Shown here piece by piece: positions 1 through 12,586 of a DNA stretch of 64,000 nucleotides. This DNA is from Octopus vulgaris (taxonomy: Eukaryota). The position numbers and the translations under genes were made by a program. Location: NCBI GenBank assembly GCA_951406725.2, contig OX597834.1, positions 38,068,001-38,132,000 of the forward strand, written 5' to 3'. The notes below the pieces were generated by a model that saw only the letters and a program-made list of their open reading frames with translations, ran no database searches and was not told where the DNA came from. The stretch's first letter is position 1. Every line of letters begins with the position of its first letter.

Positions 1-224
1 AATTTTGAGCGGTTATATCTGCTTTCCACGTTCAAATGGTTTTAAAAAATAGTGAAAGATTGATCTGATAGATTTGCTGAGACCGATGCAACCGACTTCA
101 CTCATCTCTCTACAACTGCGTTGCTCTGTGTTAATGTTTGACTTCTTTGTTAGTCTTGGATAATTGGGTTGAGACAGAAAATTAAACTCATGAGTAACTG
201 ATTCACTAACCCTTTCATGAACAC

Positions 225-719
225 CAGTGGCTCTCAACCGGGGTCCATATGGCTCTTGGGGCTCCATCTAGGATATTGTTATCAAAATTTATGTACAATA
301 AATTGTTAATACTTCTACAATACACAGAATATTTTAAGAGAATGAACTAAGTGGAGCAGGAGCACTCACAAGGACGGAAAGTGTCGCTGAAGAGGTCACA
401 GATGTGTGACGAAAGATTTCCGGACAATAGACATGAGTTAAAATAAGATGAGTAATAAACAAGTGAAGAGCCAACATATACCTCGTGTGTTTATTTGGCA
501 AAAAAATGACCATCCCGAAATACTACAATATTTCTTTCAACACACATTTTCACATCAGGAATCTTGCAACACAAATTCATAAACGTTTTTTTTTTTTATA
601 TACATTTCCTAAAATATTTAATTATAAAAGTATAATAGGATTTTTTAAGCATCAAGTGGCTGTGAGAAAAAGAGGAATCGAAGGGGTCTATTGGTAAGGA
701 AAATGATTAAGAATCAATG
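225..719 (+). mobile_element. hAT-like MITE, interrupted by an insert at about 341-600
   Basis: Starts CAGTGGCTCTCAACC and ends with degenerate GATTAAGAATCAATG. Body matches the reverse complement of the copies at 8431 and 9126. No TSD visible. Confidence 0.65.
382..426 (+). ncRNA. Minimal type I hammerhead ribozyme-like motif in a probable Penelope-like terminal-repeat remnant
   Basis: tgtcg-CTGAAGA-g-GTCACA gatg TGTGAC-GAAA-gatt-TC-cggaca: core boxes present, 6-bp stem II, imperfect stem I. Confidence 0.6.
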
Positions 720-1537
720 GCCCTTAATCGGAATAGCAGCGTCTCCGAGGGACATTATTAGTTCGCAAGGGGTGGCATATTCTAAGGTGACACTATAGAG
801 AAATTTGGATGCTTTGAGAGGTTGTACTTTTTCTTACAGAGAAAATATTAAGTACAATAATTATATTTTAAACACACGTTCAAAAAAAAATCTTTGCCGG
901 AATAAAACTACGGAAAGTTCAGTGTTCAGTGTCATCAACGAGAAGAAACATGGCTGACGGTGGATTAAGGCCTAATGTAATTTTGTTATATAAATTCTCA
1001 CCCGTTTCTTCAATAATTTCCGTGAGGATTTAACATAGGGACGATAATTCATGCAAACATGTAACAACGTGGCACATGTTGGATGTGCTAATATCAGAAA
1101 ATATCGATAAAAAAATCACCGCTCAAAATTAGCTTCCGTTTGTTTAAGATAATGTTTTTTTAATTTTTTATGTTTTTCTTGCAAAACATTCAGTACAAGG
1201 GGACACTGATAAAATAAAAAGGTGGGGCAAAAACCACTGTTCTTCACTTGGAACAATCGAATACAATTCCATTATATCCCTAATAATCATGATATGAAAG
1301 CAACAGAATGTGTTTCTCTCTCCTCTTCCAACAGAATGTTGGTCATTCTAGTCTCGTCTCTTGGTATCAAACCAATAACTAATAACAACGACAGAAAAAA
1401 AAAGGAAAAAAAATCGAAGTCAACTCTTAACTCCAGAATACAAACTCTGTGTTTGTTTTGATTCTCTTTAATGCATTGCTTGTGTAATTATAGTTCATGA
1501 TGCCTGACTCTCTCTTGTGTCTCATTTTGATCTGTTA

Positions 1538-2000
1538 TTACAGGAGTTGACAGGAAATGCTGCTAATCTCTCACAGCTAACACATTTCCTAACAATCATT
1601 GAAATCTAATCCTTTGATTACGATTATTTTTTTTTCTCTCAATAATCAAGAACATGATAACAGTTTTAAAAAATGTTTTACAAACGAAGCTCTTGGAATA
1701 AATTTAACCTTGACTAATAAATGTGTATTCGCCACTAATTATCTGATATTTCTTGCTCACGCATTTTGTAATGGAGAAATTTGTGATATCTAATATCATT
1801 TATTTTATATTATAATGCAAATGGTGTGAACTGGCGTTGTTGGTTACAGTTTTCCAACGGTAAAGACCAGCCATGGCTTCACTGTAGTTTTGACAGCACG
1901 AATGACGAGGGAGTATTTCTTACTCGATTCAGAACAAATATCACACGGAGCTTTGTTCCCAAAGAACCGCCTTTCCGGGTTCATTTGCTGATGTGCATTG
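1538..2000 (-). mobile_element. Highly decayed Tc1/mariner (maT-like) transposon remnant
   Basis: Minus-strand peptides TTVKPWL, TPVHT and NA*AR parallel the transposase at 36.0-36.4 kb. The plus strand begins TA-CAGG like a TIR. Confidence 0.35.
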
Positions 2001-2012
2001 GTGGAAGATACA

Positions 2013-2072
<60 letters not shown>

Positions 2073-2265
2073 AGCACACACACACACACACGTAAGCACA
2101 CTTACACACACATAATGAATATTTGTCTTTGGTGGTGGTGGTGGTGGTGGTGGTGGTGGTAGTGGTAGAGGACAGACACAGACACAAAGACTCCTGCACA
2201 CACACACGCGCACACACGCACGCATATACTCACACACACATATTCATGCATATATATACATACGT

Positions 2266-2941
2266 ACGACTAGCTTCTTTCAGTTTCCACTCAGGAAATA
2301 TACTCAGACTTTCGTTGGCCCGAGGCTATAGTAGAAGGTGCCACACAGTGGCACTGAACCTGGAACCATGTAGTTAGGAAGCAAACTTCTGACGCAACTA
2401 CACCTACGCCTTCTTCATCATAGAACCATATCTGTTACAAATTGAATTTTATGCAAATTTTATATTTTTCCAATCTTACTACAAGAAAAACAATATCACA
2501 TTTTATTTACTCAAAAAATGGTTCAACACTTTCGTTCCAGTCAGTGTTTATGTTGTCGTTTAAAACCAAAACTAAATATATTTTTTATTTTGCTGGATTT
2601 GAGGATGTTGTTGTTTTCATTTTATTGACCAACAGACTCTCCATCTTTTGATTACCAAATAAATAATAAAACAAAAATTCCATCTAATCTTTTATCTTTT
2701 ACTTGCTTTGCGTTATTGCACTGCGGCCATGCTGGGGCATCGCCTTGAAGAGTTTTAGACGAATACATCGATCTAGGACTTTTTTTTAAAAAAAAAAGAC
2801 TGCTTCTTAGGTGCAAGCATGACTTTGTGTTAAGTAGTTCGCTACCCAACTACATGGCTTCAGGTTCATTTCCACTATAGCCTCGGGCCGACCAATGCCT
2901 TCTGAGTGGATTTGGAAGACGGAAACTGGAAGAAACCTGTC

Positions 2942-3004
<63 letters not shown>

Positions 3005-3318
3005 GGAGGGATGTGTGTGTGTGTGTGTGTGTTTATCCCTCCACCAACATTGATAACCGGTGACTGTGTTTTTACGTTCCCGTAACTTGGCGGTTCAGCA
3101 AAAGGGTTTGTCAGAATAAGTACCAGACTTTAAATAAATATTGCCCGACTAAAAATTTTCAAGGCGTTGCCCCAGCATGGGCGTAGCCTAACGCGTGAAA
3201 GAAATAAAAGATAAAAGCTCGATACTTATTTTATGAGCTCTTTTGCTCAACCGCTCATTACAGGGGCGTAAACAAGCCAACACCAGCGGTCACGCGGTAT
3301 AGGGGACAACACACACAC

Positions 3319-3361
<43 letters not shown>

Positions 3362-3600
3362 CATATATATGCACATACACGCGTGCACACATACACATAT
3401 TCTTTTATTCTTTTACTTGTTACAGTCATTTGACTGCAGCCATGTTGGAGCACCGCCTTGAAGGGTCTTTAGTCGAACAAGTCGACCCCAGGGCTTTTTT
3501 ATTTCAAGCCCAGTACTTATTCTATCAGTGACTTTGCTGAGCCGCTAACTTAAGGAGGCGTAAACACACCAACATCGGTTGTCAAGCAATGATGGAGAGA

Positions 3601-3650
<50 letters not shown>

Positions 3651-3882
3651 ACATATATATACATATATTCGACGGGCCTCTTTCAGTTTCCGTCTACCAA
3701 TTCCACTCACAAGACTTTGGTCAGCCCGAGGCTATAGTAGAAGACACTTGCCCAAGGATACCGCGCAGTGGGACTGAACCCGGAACCATGTAGTTGGGAA
3801 CACGTCGGATTTCTTTCAGTTTCCATTGATCAAATTCACTTACAGTTGGGAAGCAAACTTCTTAATCACACAGCCACGCCTA
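2266..3882. mobile_element. Cluster of SINE family B (tRNA-like head, CORE-like motif, internal microsatellite): 2266-2411(-), 2690-2790(-), 2810-3217(+), 3218-3320(-), 3400-3882(-)
   Basis: Shared blocks cccaaccacatggttccgggttcagtcccactgcg, ctatagcctcgggccgacc, gacggaaactgaaagaag and ccccagcatggccgcag recur across the window. Confidence 0.85.
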
Positions 3883-4415
3883 TGTTGGAAAAAAAAGGGC
3901 CATTAGATGGTAAATAGCGTTATCTAAATGTTTTTGTGATATAATTTGCAGACACGTATCGTTAAGTGGGACTCATGGTTTATATTAAGGGTTTCGTAAT
4001 AAGAAATAACACTTAAAGATGAATAGTTAGCATAATAATAATATAGCAATAAAACTACGTTATCCAAATAAATCCAGATTGTCATCTTGGAAGAAAAATA
4101 ATTCAACGTATCGAATGTAAATAGCATTGAAAAGAATGTTATCAGTAAATGTGACATTTGTGTAAATTGGAAAGCATTTTTTAAAAAAATACGCAGACGA
4201 TTAAATTCATTCATTAACTGCAGCTTTTACACATCTCTCTCTCTCTCTCTCCATTTAAATGTCTATATATGTGGAAGCAAAGAGAGAACGAGAGCGAGAT
4301 GGCTAGATAGATAAACTGTTAGGTAGGTAGATAGGTAGGTAGGTAGGTAGGTAGGTAGGTAAATAAGATCATATATATACACATGAATCACCTTTATATT
4401 GTTTAGATTTCATAT

Positions 4416-4557
<142 letters not shown>

Positions 4558-4994
4558 GTATGTATGTATATGTAAACAAGGTGAAACTTGATTCATATCT
4601 CCATCTATCTACTTAACTATCTATCCATTTTGCTCTCTCTCCCTCTTCCTTCATCTCTCTCTCACACACACTCACACACACTCATACACACCATACATAA
4701 ATATATATATTTGAATTTTAAAAGCAAATATACTCGCACGTTCATACACATGCTTTTGTGTGTGTTCGTGCTGCATTTCGATGCGTATTGGTTAGTCTGC
4801 ACCGCTATGAAAAGAAAATGCACATTGGCATGTGTGAACTATATAAGTTGTGATATGTTATTTGAAATTGATTTCACAAGAATCGGTAACGGTAAATGAG
4901 AGGGTGTGAAATGTGGAAGTTCAGCATACTATTAGATTACAGCAAGGTCAACGGTCAGAATGTTATATCTTAATCGAGCTCCAATGTTCGATTA

Positions 4995-6090
4995 CCATTA
5001 GTTAGGAAATATTTGATCAAATGTCTGCGTTGGTGAATGTTTCAATTTCTTATTTAAATAAATGGTTAACGTTTTGAGTTTCTTAAAAAAGATATAGAAC
5101 TTCTCAGTAATACATAGTTTGCAAATCTTTGAACAATTATTTTGGTTTGGTAATATGCGCTCGAGAAAAATATCTGTACCCATAGACTTCTCAGCAATTC
5201 CGAGAACAACGAGATCGACTTGGTTAATGCTGCTTTTGAACAGCTGCACATAAACGGCAGCGGGAAAGAGAGACGCGTTCTGATAGTAAAGACTGGATGT
5301 ATCAGTTATACGGGTTCAAGCTTTTGAGCATATGTATAACAACGGTGGGTGCCTACATGTAGGTGGTAGGAGAACAGCCAAATCCAATAAATAGATGCCA
5401 CTGTAGTAACATCGAAAGATGCAGGTATCTTATCTAAGATGTCTCCTTATGTATAACAGCAGCTTTGTTTCAGATGCAGAACAAATACACCGTGTGTGTC
5501 TTAACTGAGCTTTGTACAACATCAATAGTTGTTGGAAACTTAATTATTTTTTGGCTTTGTGATGCAGTCTTTACTATGTTTGCCATGTGTGATTTTTAAC
5601 AGAGATCCTCGGTGAGACTTAGCATTTATAGTAACCTTCAGGAGTTTAACTGCGTGTTCATCCTTTGGGTTGGTTAAATTGATAAATTTTTTTTAGTTTC
5701 TATATAGAGCGTTAAAGGCCAATTTTGTTCCTCTTTACTTGCATTCCAAAAAATGAAGAGTAGTTGTAGTAGGGGCTGTTGAAAGTTCCCTTAGTCATTC
5801 CTATGTTGTATTTTCAACGATGACTATTTCTATTATAAATTGAGATTACTTGGTAATTACTATCCCGCAATTAATATCTGATTAAGGAGATATAAAACTC
5901 TTTATTTTTTAAGTACAAGCATTAACAACGATAGATGACCTTTATTGTTTTCCGATTGAATAATTTATCATATATTTTTACGTGGAAGTGTGTCAGTGTA
6001 GCTAAAATGTTGCTGAATGGTTTTTGAAAGCTAGAAAGAAAGACAGGTTAAAGTATATGTCCCGTTGAGGCTAATCATTCGAACCTCGAC
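4995..6090 (-). mobile_element. Decayed Penelope-like retroelement, linker plus GIY-YIG endonuclease region
   Basis: Minus-strand peptides in the expected order across frameshifts: KLFNRKTIKVIYRC, IGMTKGTF..PYYNY, SKICKLCITEKFYI, RRHLIKYFL. These match the PLE C-terminal pattern FNRNTVKxSYSC / YIGxTxxxFKxRY / CxLCxxEK. Confidence 0.75.
5170..5690 (-). mobile_element. Nested fragment, probably the C-terminal zinc-knuckle region of an RLE-type non-LTR retrotransposon
   Basis: Interrupts the PLE reading. Minus strand gives SLNPYN..SRCRLC...SINQV.IS..SEL, resembling CRxC..ETxxHxxSxCxxL. Confidence 0.4.
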
Positions 6091-6472
6091 TGGTTCAAAA
6101 ATTTTGTATTTTACATAAAAATCAAAGTCAAGTAATAGTAAAGATATTCATACACTGTATTATGATAAATACACTCACGCTATTTGAATATATAGAGTAC
6201 TATCATTTTTTCTTAAAGCACAAATTGTTATAATATTTGTGGAGAACAGATTTTCTGACAAATATATTGTATTGGGAACGACACATCAATCAACAAAAGC
6301 TATTGAAGCGTTGACTGACAGGGAAACATTAATGGACATAGGAACATGACTGATACAAATATTAAGAATTAACGAGGGAATACCAAAAAACCTTAGTACA
6401 AAAGAGTATCTTGAACACAGTCGTGTCTTTAGTAGGTGTGTATGCATATATTTATATATACACTCAGAGAGT

Positions 6473-6539
<67 letters not shown>

Positions 6540-6628
6540 TATAGATATAGATATATACATACATATATGCATATATATATGCATAAATATCTATGCACGT
6601 ATATACGAATATACGTACGTATACACGG

Positions 6629-6691
<63 letters not shown>

Positions 6692-7254
6692 ACATACATA
6701 CATACACATACACACACACACATCACATATATGCATACACATAAAAATGTGCGTGTATGTTTAGTATATATGTATATATGTATAAACACAATAAGAAAGT
6801 GCGTGGGTGTGTGAGTCCTTTTGTGCTCTTATGGATGTGTATCCTTGTGTGTGTGTGCGTGCGTGCGTGCGTGCGTGTATGTGTGTGCGTGTGCATAAAT
6901 AGTTGAGTGCAAATAGTTAATTGCATGAGCACAGATTTTGTTGGTTGATAAGGATTGAAGGTTCAAAAAGATTAATGTTCGTCGAATATGCTTTGGGAAG
7001 AGTAAATGTAATATTAAGCATTCGTTTGAATTACAAAAATAAAGACACGGAGCTGTATCATGTCAGCGATATATCTTTATGAAAGACAGATTTCTCTGGT
7101 TAATGAGTCTCTGGTTAGATACAATATCAAATTTAGTGACACCGCTGACATTGTCATGCATAGGGTTCAAAGAGGGCAATGGATTGGGATTAGGGGCCAA
7201 TGTTGAATGTGCATCTCTTATGGTATAGGGCTAATTATTGTAGTATTAGTAATA

Positions 7255-7256
7255 GC

Positions 7257-7300
<44 letters not shown>

Positions 7301-7408
7301 CAGCAGCAGCGGCAGCAGCGACGGCGGTGACGGTTGTGGTGGCGGTGTTAGTAGTAATAGTAGCAGTGGTGGTGATGGTGATGATGATCGTGATTATGAT
7401 GATCGTGA

Positions 7409-7442
<34 letters not shown>

Positions 7443-7746
7443 GGTGGTGGTGGTGGTGGTGGTGGTGGTGGTGGTATTGGTGGTGTTGATGGTGGTGGTG
7501 GTTGGTGGTAAAAGTAGTAGTGGTGGTGAATGTGGTGAATGTGGCGATGGTGGTGATGATAGCAGTAGTAGTAATAGTAGTAGTAGTAGTAGTAACGGTA
7601 GTAATGGTGGTGGATGTGATGGTGGTGGTGGTGGTGGTGGTGGTGGTGTTCGTGGTGTTGGTAGTGGTAATAATAGTAGTGGTGGTGGTGGTGGTGGTGG
7701 TAGTAGTAGTAGTAGTAGTTGTTGTTGTTGTTGTTGTTGTTGTTGT
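7255..7746. repeat. Compound (AGT)n/(GGT)n/(GAT)n/(GTT)n microsatellite
   Basis: Direct reading. Confidence 0.95.
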
Positions 7747-7861
7747 AACGTGAATGTTGCAGTGGTTCATTTTCCCAAATCAATCTTCTTTACAAGAGCC
7801 GAACTTAAAAGCTAAATGTGACACACGCATATATCTTGCTTTCCATTACATAATCCTGCTA

Positions 7862-8740
7862 AAATGTTCACAACAACACTGGAGGGCCTTGAATACAAGG
7901 TTATAGAGATAAACAGTTCATAACAAGAGACCGTCTGAAAAAGCGGGTTGGGTAGAAAAAAATAAGTTCAAAGTAAATGAGCGATCTGAATAGAAGACTC
8001 TGTAGCTAATGCGTTCCCATTAATTGAGGTTCTGGTATAGAGAATTACGTTGTTAAAGTACTCGTAGCAATAGACTATCTAAAATAGAAGGTTGTATACA
8101 TTAAAAGTTCACCGATATAGAGGGATCTGCATGGCGGAATCTGAATTGAGGGCTGTGTAGATAATGTGTTTTTCAATAACTGAGGTTCTAGAATAGAGAA
8201 TTATGTCGCTAAAGTCCTCACAGCAACAGATAGTCTAATATACATTACGTACATTAAAAGTTCACAGGAATAGAGGGATTTAAATTGGGGCTTACGTAGT
8301 TAATGTATGCATAATTATTGAGGATCATGAATAGAGTGCTATGTAGCTAAAATGCTCACAGAAGCAGAAGAACCTGAATTAAAACTTATGTACATAAAGT
8401 GTTCACAGCACTAGAGGATATGGAATAGAGCAGAGATTATCAACCAGTTTTTTCCTATGGGCGCCTTTGTTCCGTATTTTACTTGGATAGACCCTCATAG
8501 CCATAAATCCTGCTATGTTTTTATAATTAAATATTATTAGGAATTGTATTTTCAAAAATCATTAAAATGTTTTAAGTGTTGTAGAAGTATAACTGATTTA
8601 TTGCACGTAAATTTTAACAACAAAATCTGATACGGACCCCTAGGGATAATACAGACCCCTAGGTTGAGAACCATTGGAACAGAGGGTTAGGATAATGTTC
8701 ACAGCTATAGAGGGACCTGAGTAGAGAATTAAATAGCTGT
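7862..8740. repeat. Degenerate minisatellite with a ~44-bp unit and a higher-order trimer
   Basis: Recurring gttcacagca.tagagg.tctgaatagag. Blocks at about 8020, 8177 and 8315 align with each other over ~105 bp. Confidence 0.75.
8431..8676 (-). mobile_element. hAT MITE inserted in the minisatellite
   Basis: TIRs CAGAGATTATCAACC / GGTTGAGAACCATTG. 8-bp TSD gaatagag / gaacagag (7/8). Confidence 0.8.
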
Positions 8741-9125
8741 TGATATTCATATATACACAGGGAGTCACATAAAGTACCTTTGTACTGTTTAATTAAGTCT
8801 CTTTTATGTTCTGACTTCAAATCTCTCCCAGGTCTAATTACCATTCAATTCCGCAGTGTCGATAATTTGCTTATTAATTAAGATTTACTCTTACAATTAG
8901 ACATAATCAAAAATGGTCGAACTTGCTCAGTATATGACTAACACATGTTTTATCGATTTCGGAAAGACGGAAGACATTGGAGTGATTCGAAGTTAAATAG
9001 AATTATAAACCTTCACCGTATATTGACGATAGAAAATAGACTGAAATTAGGGCACATAAGCCTCCCTAACAGAAATAATAAATCCATTTCCCTGTTGCGA
9101 GGGCTTACATGCCCTAATATTTGAT

Positions 9126-9368
9126 CAATGGTACTCACCCATTTTTTTCACCTATGGACCCCATTGATTATTATTTTATTCGGGTGGACCATCGTTGCCA
9201 TAATCCCGTTATTTCCGTATAATTAAATATTAAAAGAAATTGTATTTAAAAGAAATTAATATATTTTATTCATTGTAAAAGTATAACCATTTCATTACCC
9301 CTAAGTTATAACAACGGTGTTTTATGTGGACCCCCAAGGGCCATATCGACCCCAGTTGAGAACCACTG
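9126..9368 (-). mobile_element. hAT MITE, same family
   Basis: Ends CAATGGTACTCACCC / AGTTGAGAACCACTG. Flanks tatttgat / tattagac (6/8). Body similar to the 8431 copy. Confidence 0.75.
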
Positions 9369-9487
9369 TATTAGACTATTTTTATTAGTAAACAAACTTA
9401 TAATTCTATTTTGCAAATTTTAACCGCCACCGTTTCTTAATTCATGCAGAATTCAAAAGTTCACATAAAGCACAGCACATAAATACT

Positions 9488-9690
9488 GTTTTCTACTCTA
9501 GGCACAAGGCTGAAATTTTAGGGGAGGTGGTCAGTCGATTAGATCGACCCCAATACGCAACTGGTACTTAATTTATCGATCTCGAAAGGCTGAAAGGCAA
9601 AGTCGACCTCGGCAGAATTTGAACTCAGAACATAAAGACAGCACATAAATACTATAAGTCATCTTATCTAACAGTCTACCAATTCACCCC
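9488..9690 (-). mobile_element. SINE family A (tail type 2)
   Basis: Reverse complement of ctgagttcaaattc.gccgaggtcgactttgcctttca.cctttcg...gataaattaagtaccag. Confidence 0.85.
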
Positions 9691-9882
9691 ACCCCCATCC
9701 GCAACACCTCCACCACACCATTCTACCCACCGCCTTACAAAGTCTACTAACGCAACACAAACACCACCACCTTCGCTACTACCACCACCAGCATTTTATG
9801 CACCGCTCTACCGATCCTGTTGGCAATCACCATCACCGACACCACCTTCACTGCCATTGATTCTACCAAATCCGCCAACTCT

Positions 9883-9936
<54 letters not shown>

Positions 9937-10628
9937 TTATTATTATCACCATCATCGCCATCATTGCTCTACCAGTTCTGCTAACACAGCAGCCCCACCA
10001 CTATTTTATTCACTGCTCCACCAATTCTGACAGCCCTGCAACACCACCACCACCAACATCACCACTACCACTATCTTATCCACTGTTCTACCAATTCTGC
10101 AGATCCACCACCATTACCAACGCCGATACCATTCTATACGCCTCTCTATAAATTCTCTAGCCCACCACCACCAACAACAACAACACAATCATCACCACCA
10201 ATACAACCACCAATACGACCACTACAACCACCAACACAACCATTACAACCACCACAACCGACACAGCCACCACAACCAACACGACCACTACAATCATCAC
10301 CACCAACACAACCACCAACATAACCACCACCAACAACAACAACACAGCTACCATAACCAGCACAACCACCACCACCAACAACAACAACACAGTTACCATA
10401 ACCAGCACAATCATCACTATTTCATTCGCCGCTCTACCGATTCTATAGCCCATCATCAACATCACCAACATTACCACCGTCATTTTATTCACCGCTCTAC
10501 CAATTCCTTATCCCATCGCTGCTGCCACCACCACCACCACCACTACCACCGCTCTACCAAATTCCGCTAACGCAAAACCACCACCTACACCACCACCACC
10601 ACCGTTTTATTCGCTGATTCTGCCTGTC
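9660..10628. repeat. Tandem array of ~12 SINE-A-head-like motifs separated by (ACC)n/(ACT)n tracts
   Basis: Motif ttattcaccgctctaccaattctgc recurs at irregular spacing. Confidence 0.75.
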
Positions 10629-10984
10629 CAACGTCCTTCAGAATGTATTGAAGTCACGTGTCACAGCATTCCAGAAACTCTTTTGTAGTGAGTCGATCGA
10701 TGTTAAAGGATGCAAGTAAAAATAATGACTTTCTTAATAGAGAATTAAATGAATTAACAGCGCAATGTAATTAAAAATCACCAGCAAAACTTAATGAATA
10801 TATTATAAAAGGATTTTTCTGTCCAGTTGTTTGTTAGTATTTGAAATCTCTTTAATAATACTTTTGTATTTTAAAATAATGTTTGTTACAATTTGTAATC
10901 TTTAATTAATACGTGTAGGGTAAAATTATACATCCATTTTATTTTTGATCGTGGGAATATTGTTTGTTGTTGTTGTTGTTATTG

Positions 10985-11190
10985 TTGTTATTGTTGTTGT
11001 CGTTGTTTAACCCCACGTCAGTTCTCATCCAGTTAACGGCGGATCAAAGACTTTCCATTAACAACCATCCCGGGTTTTCCCCACATATTTTTTTTTTCTT
11101 GCTGTAATTAATATCTGGCACAGCGTTATCTAAAACGTCTTTTCGATTTTAAGACAGTGGGTTGGGATTTCAAGGAAATTTGGCAACTGT
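10985..11190 (-). mobile_element. Old dispersed repeat family E (SINE-like 3' part with (AAC)n tail); related copies at about 14855-15045, 32290-32510 and 47675-47815
   Basis: Shared ttaagacagt.gg.tg.gattt.agg.a.atttgg motif. Confidence 0.55.
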
Positions 11191-11195
11191 TACCA

Positions 11196-11497
11196 CACAG
11201 CTTGGCTGGGTGCTAAGAAGTTTGCATTCCCAATCACATTGTTCCGGGTTCAGCACCACTGTGCGGCACCTTGGGCAAGTGTCTTTTAATATAGCCTCGG
11301 GATTTCGTAGATGGAAACTGAAAGAAGTATGTGTGTGTGTGTGTGTATGTGTGTGTGTATTAATCAGCCGAAATTGCGAGGATGATCCGGTTCTTCACTG
11401 AAGATTAGAGGCTTCGAATGACCCGTCCGTTTTTAGTGTCGTCTATTTGAGTGTTTTGCGTTCTTGTCCCATTTTGTATTTTTATATATATATTTTT

Positions 11498-11533
<36 letters not shown>

Positions 11534-11713
11534 ATACGTGTGTGTGTGTGTGTGTGTGTGTGTCTGTTTCCCACCACCGTTTTACAACCGGTGTCGGTGT
11601 GTTTACGTTTACGTAAAGTAACATAGCTGTTCGGCAAAAGACACTGATGAGTACTAGGCTTCAAAAAAATAATTAGCACTGGGGTCGATTGATTCAACTA
11701 TATCCCTTCAAGG
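11196..11713 (+). mobile_element. SINE family B with a PLE-like terminal fragment (11362-11482) inside its internal microsatellite
   Basis: Head 11196-11327, tail 11560-11713. The insert shares cagccgaaattgc and ttgtcccattttgtatttt with the copies at 12430 and 23678. Confidence 0.75.
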
Positions 11714-11714
11714 C

Positions 11715-11754
<40 letters not shown>

Positions 11755-12062
11755 CAAATGTATATATATATATAATTTATATATTTATATATAAAAATAT
11801 ATAGCGGGGTACGTACACTTTGGTCTCTTATATGTAAGTATATATATAAATTTCGTACGACTCTATTAATCTTTCTATTCTTTCATTCTTTCCTTCTTCC
11901 TATCAGCCTTACTTCGTTCATTCCACTTACTTCGTTCATTCCATTCTGCGTTTTTTTCGTTTCCCCTCTCTCACATTTCCTGGCCTTCCCTCTTCATGTT
12001 CACTTTCCCCCTCTTTCACTTCACTCTGTCCCTTTTATTATTTTCTTACCCCTCCTTAATTC

Positions 12063-12099
<37 letters not shown>

Positions 12100-12101
<2 letters not shown>

Positions 12102-12545
12102 CCCACATGACCGGTGTTCGACCAAGCGTGACCTTTCTTTCTTGGTTCGTCTACCATCCGTGCAACATCTATATTCCTCCATGTGCCCATCTAATCTTAT
12201 TTCCCTGCCGTGAGACTTTACTTCCACACACACCAGCTTGATTTAATTCGTCCTTAGTCGAAAGACACCTGTTGTTATGTCCCGTTATTTGCATTTCTAT
12301 TTGTGTAACATTTCTCCGTTTTTTCCGTCCTTGTTTTTGTATACATTCGCTGGTTTTTCTGAAGGAATCTAATGCTCTTGGGTTAGTTTTTCCTTGGAGC
12401 TGGCCAGATTGGAACAATCTTGAGTATAACCAGCCGAAATTGCAAAGATAATCTGGTACTCGACTGAGGAAAGACAACTCATTGTTTTCTTCGTATCGTC
12501 TGTTTGGATGCTTTGCGTTCTTGTCCCATTTTTGTATTTTTTATA
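12100..12545 (+). mobile_element. Repeat ending at a (TA)n tract, probable Penelope-like terminal repeat
   Basis: 3' part (ccagccgaaattgc...gactgagga...cccatttttgtatttt) recurs at 11362 and 23650. PLE assignment is inferred. Confidence 0.5.
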
Positions 12546-12549
12546 TCTA

Positions 12550-12585
<36 letters not shown>

Positions 12586-12586
<1 letters not shown>

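Noticed and set aside
9660-10628. CRISPR array
   Set aside because: Repeats are diverged, spacers are variable-length microsatellites, no cas genes, eukaryotic context; the motif is explained by a SINE head.
12385-12452. Hammerhead in the ccagccgaaattgc repeat family
   Set aside because: A stem followed by GAAA exists, but there is no correctly placed CUGANGA or UH site.
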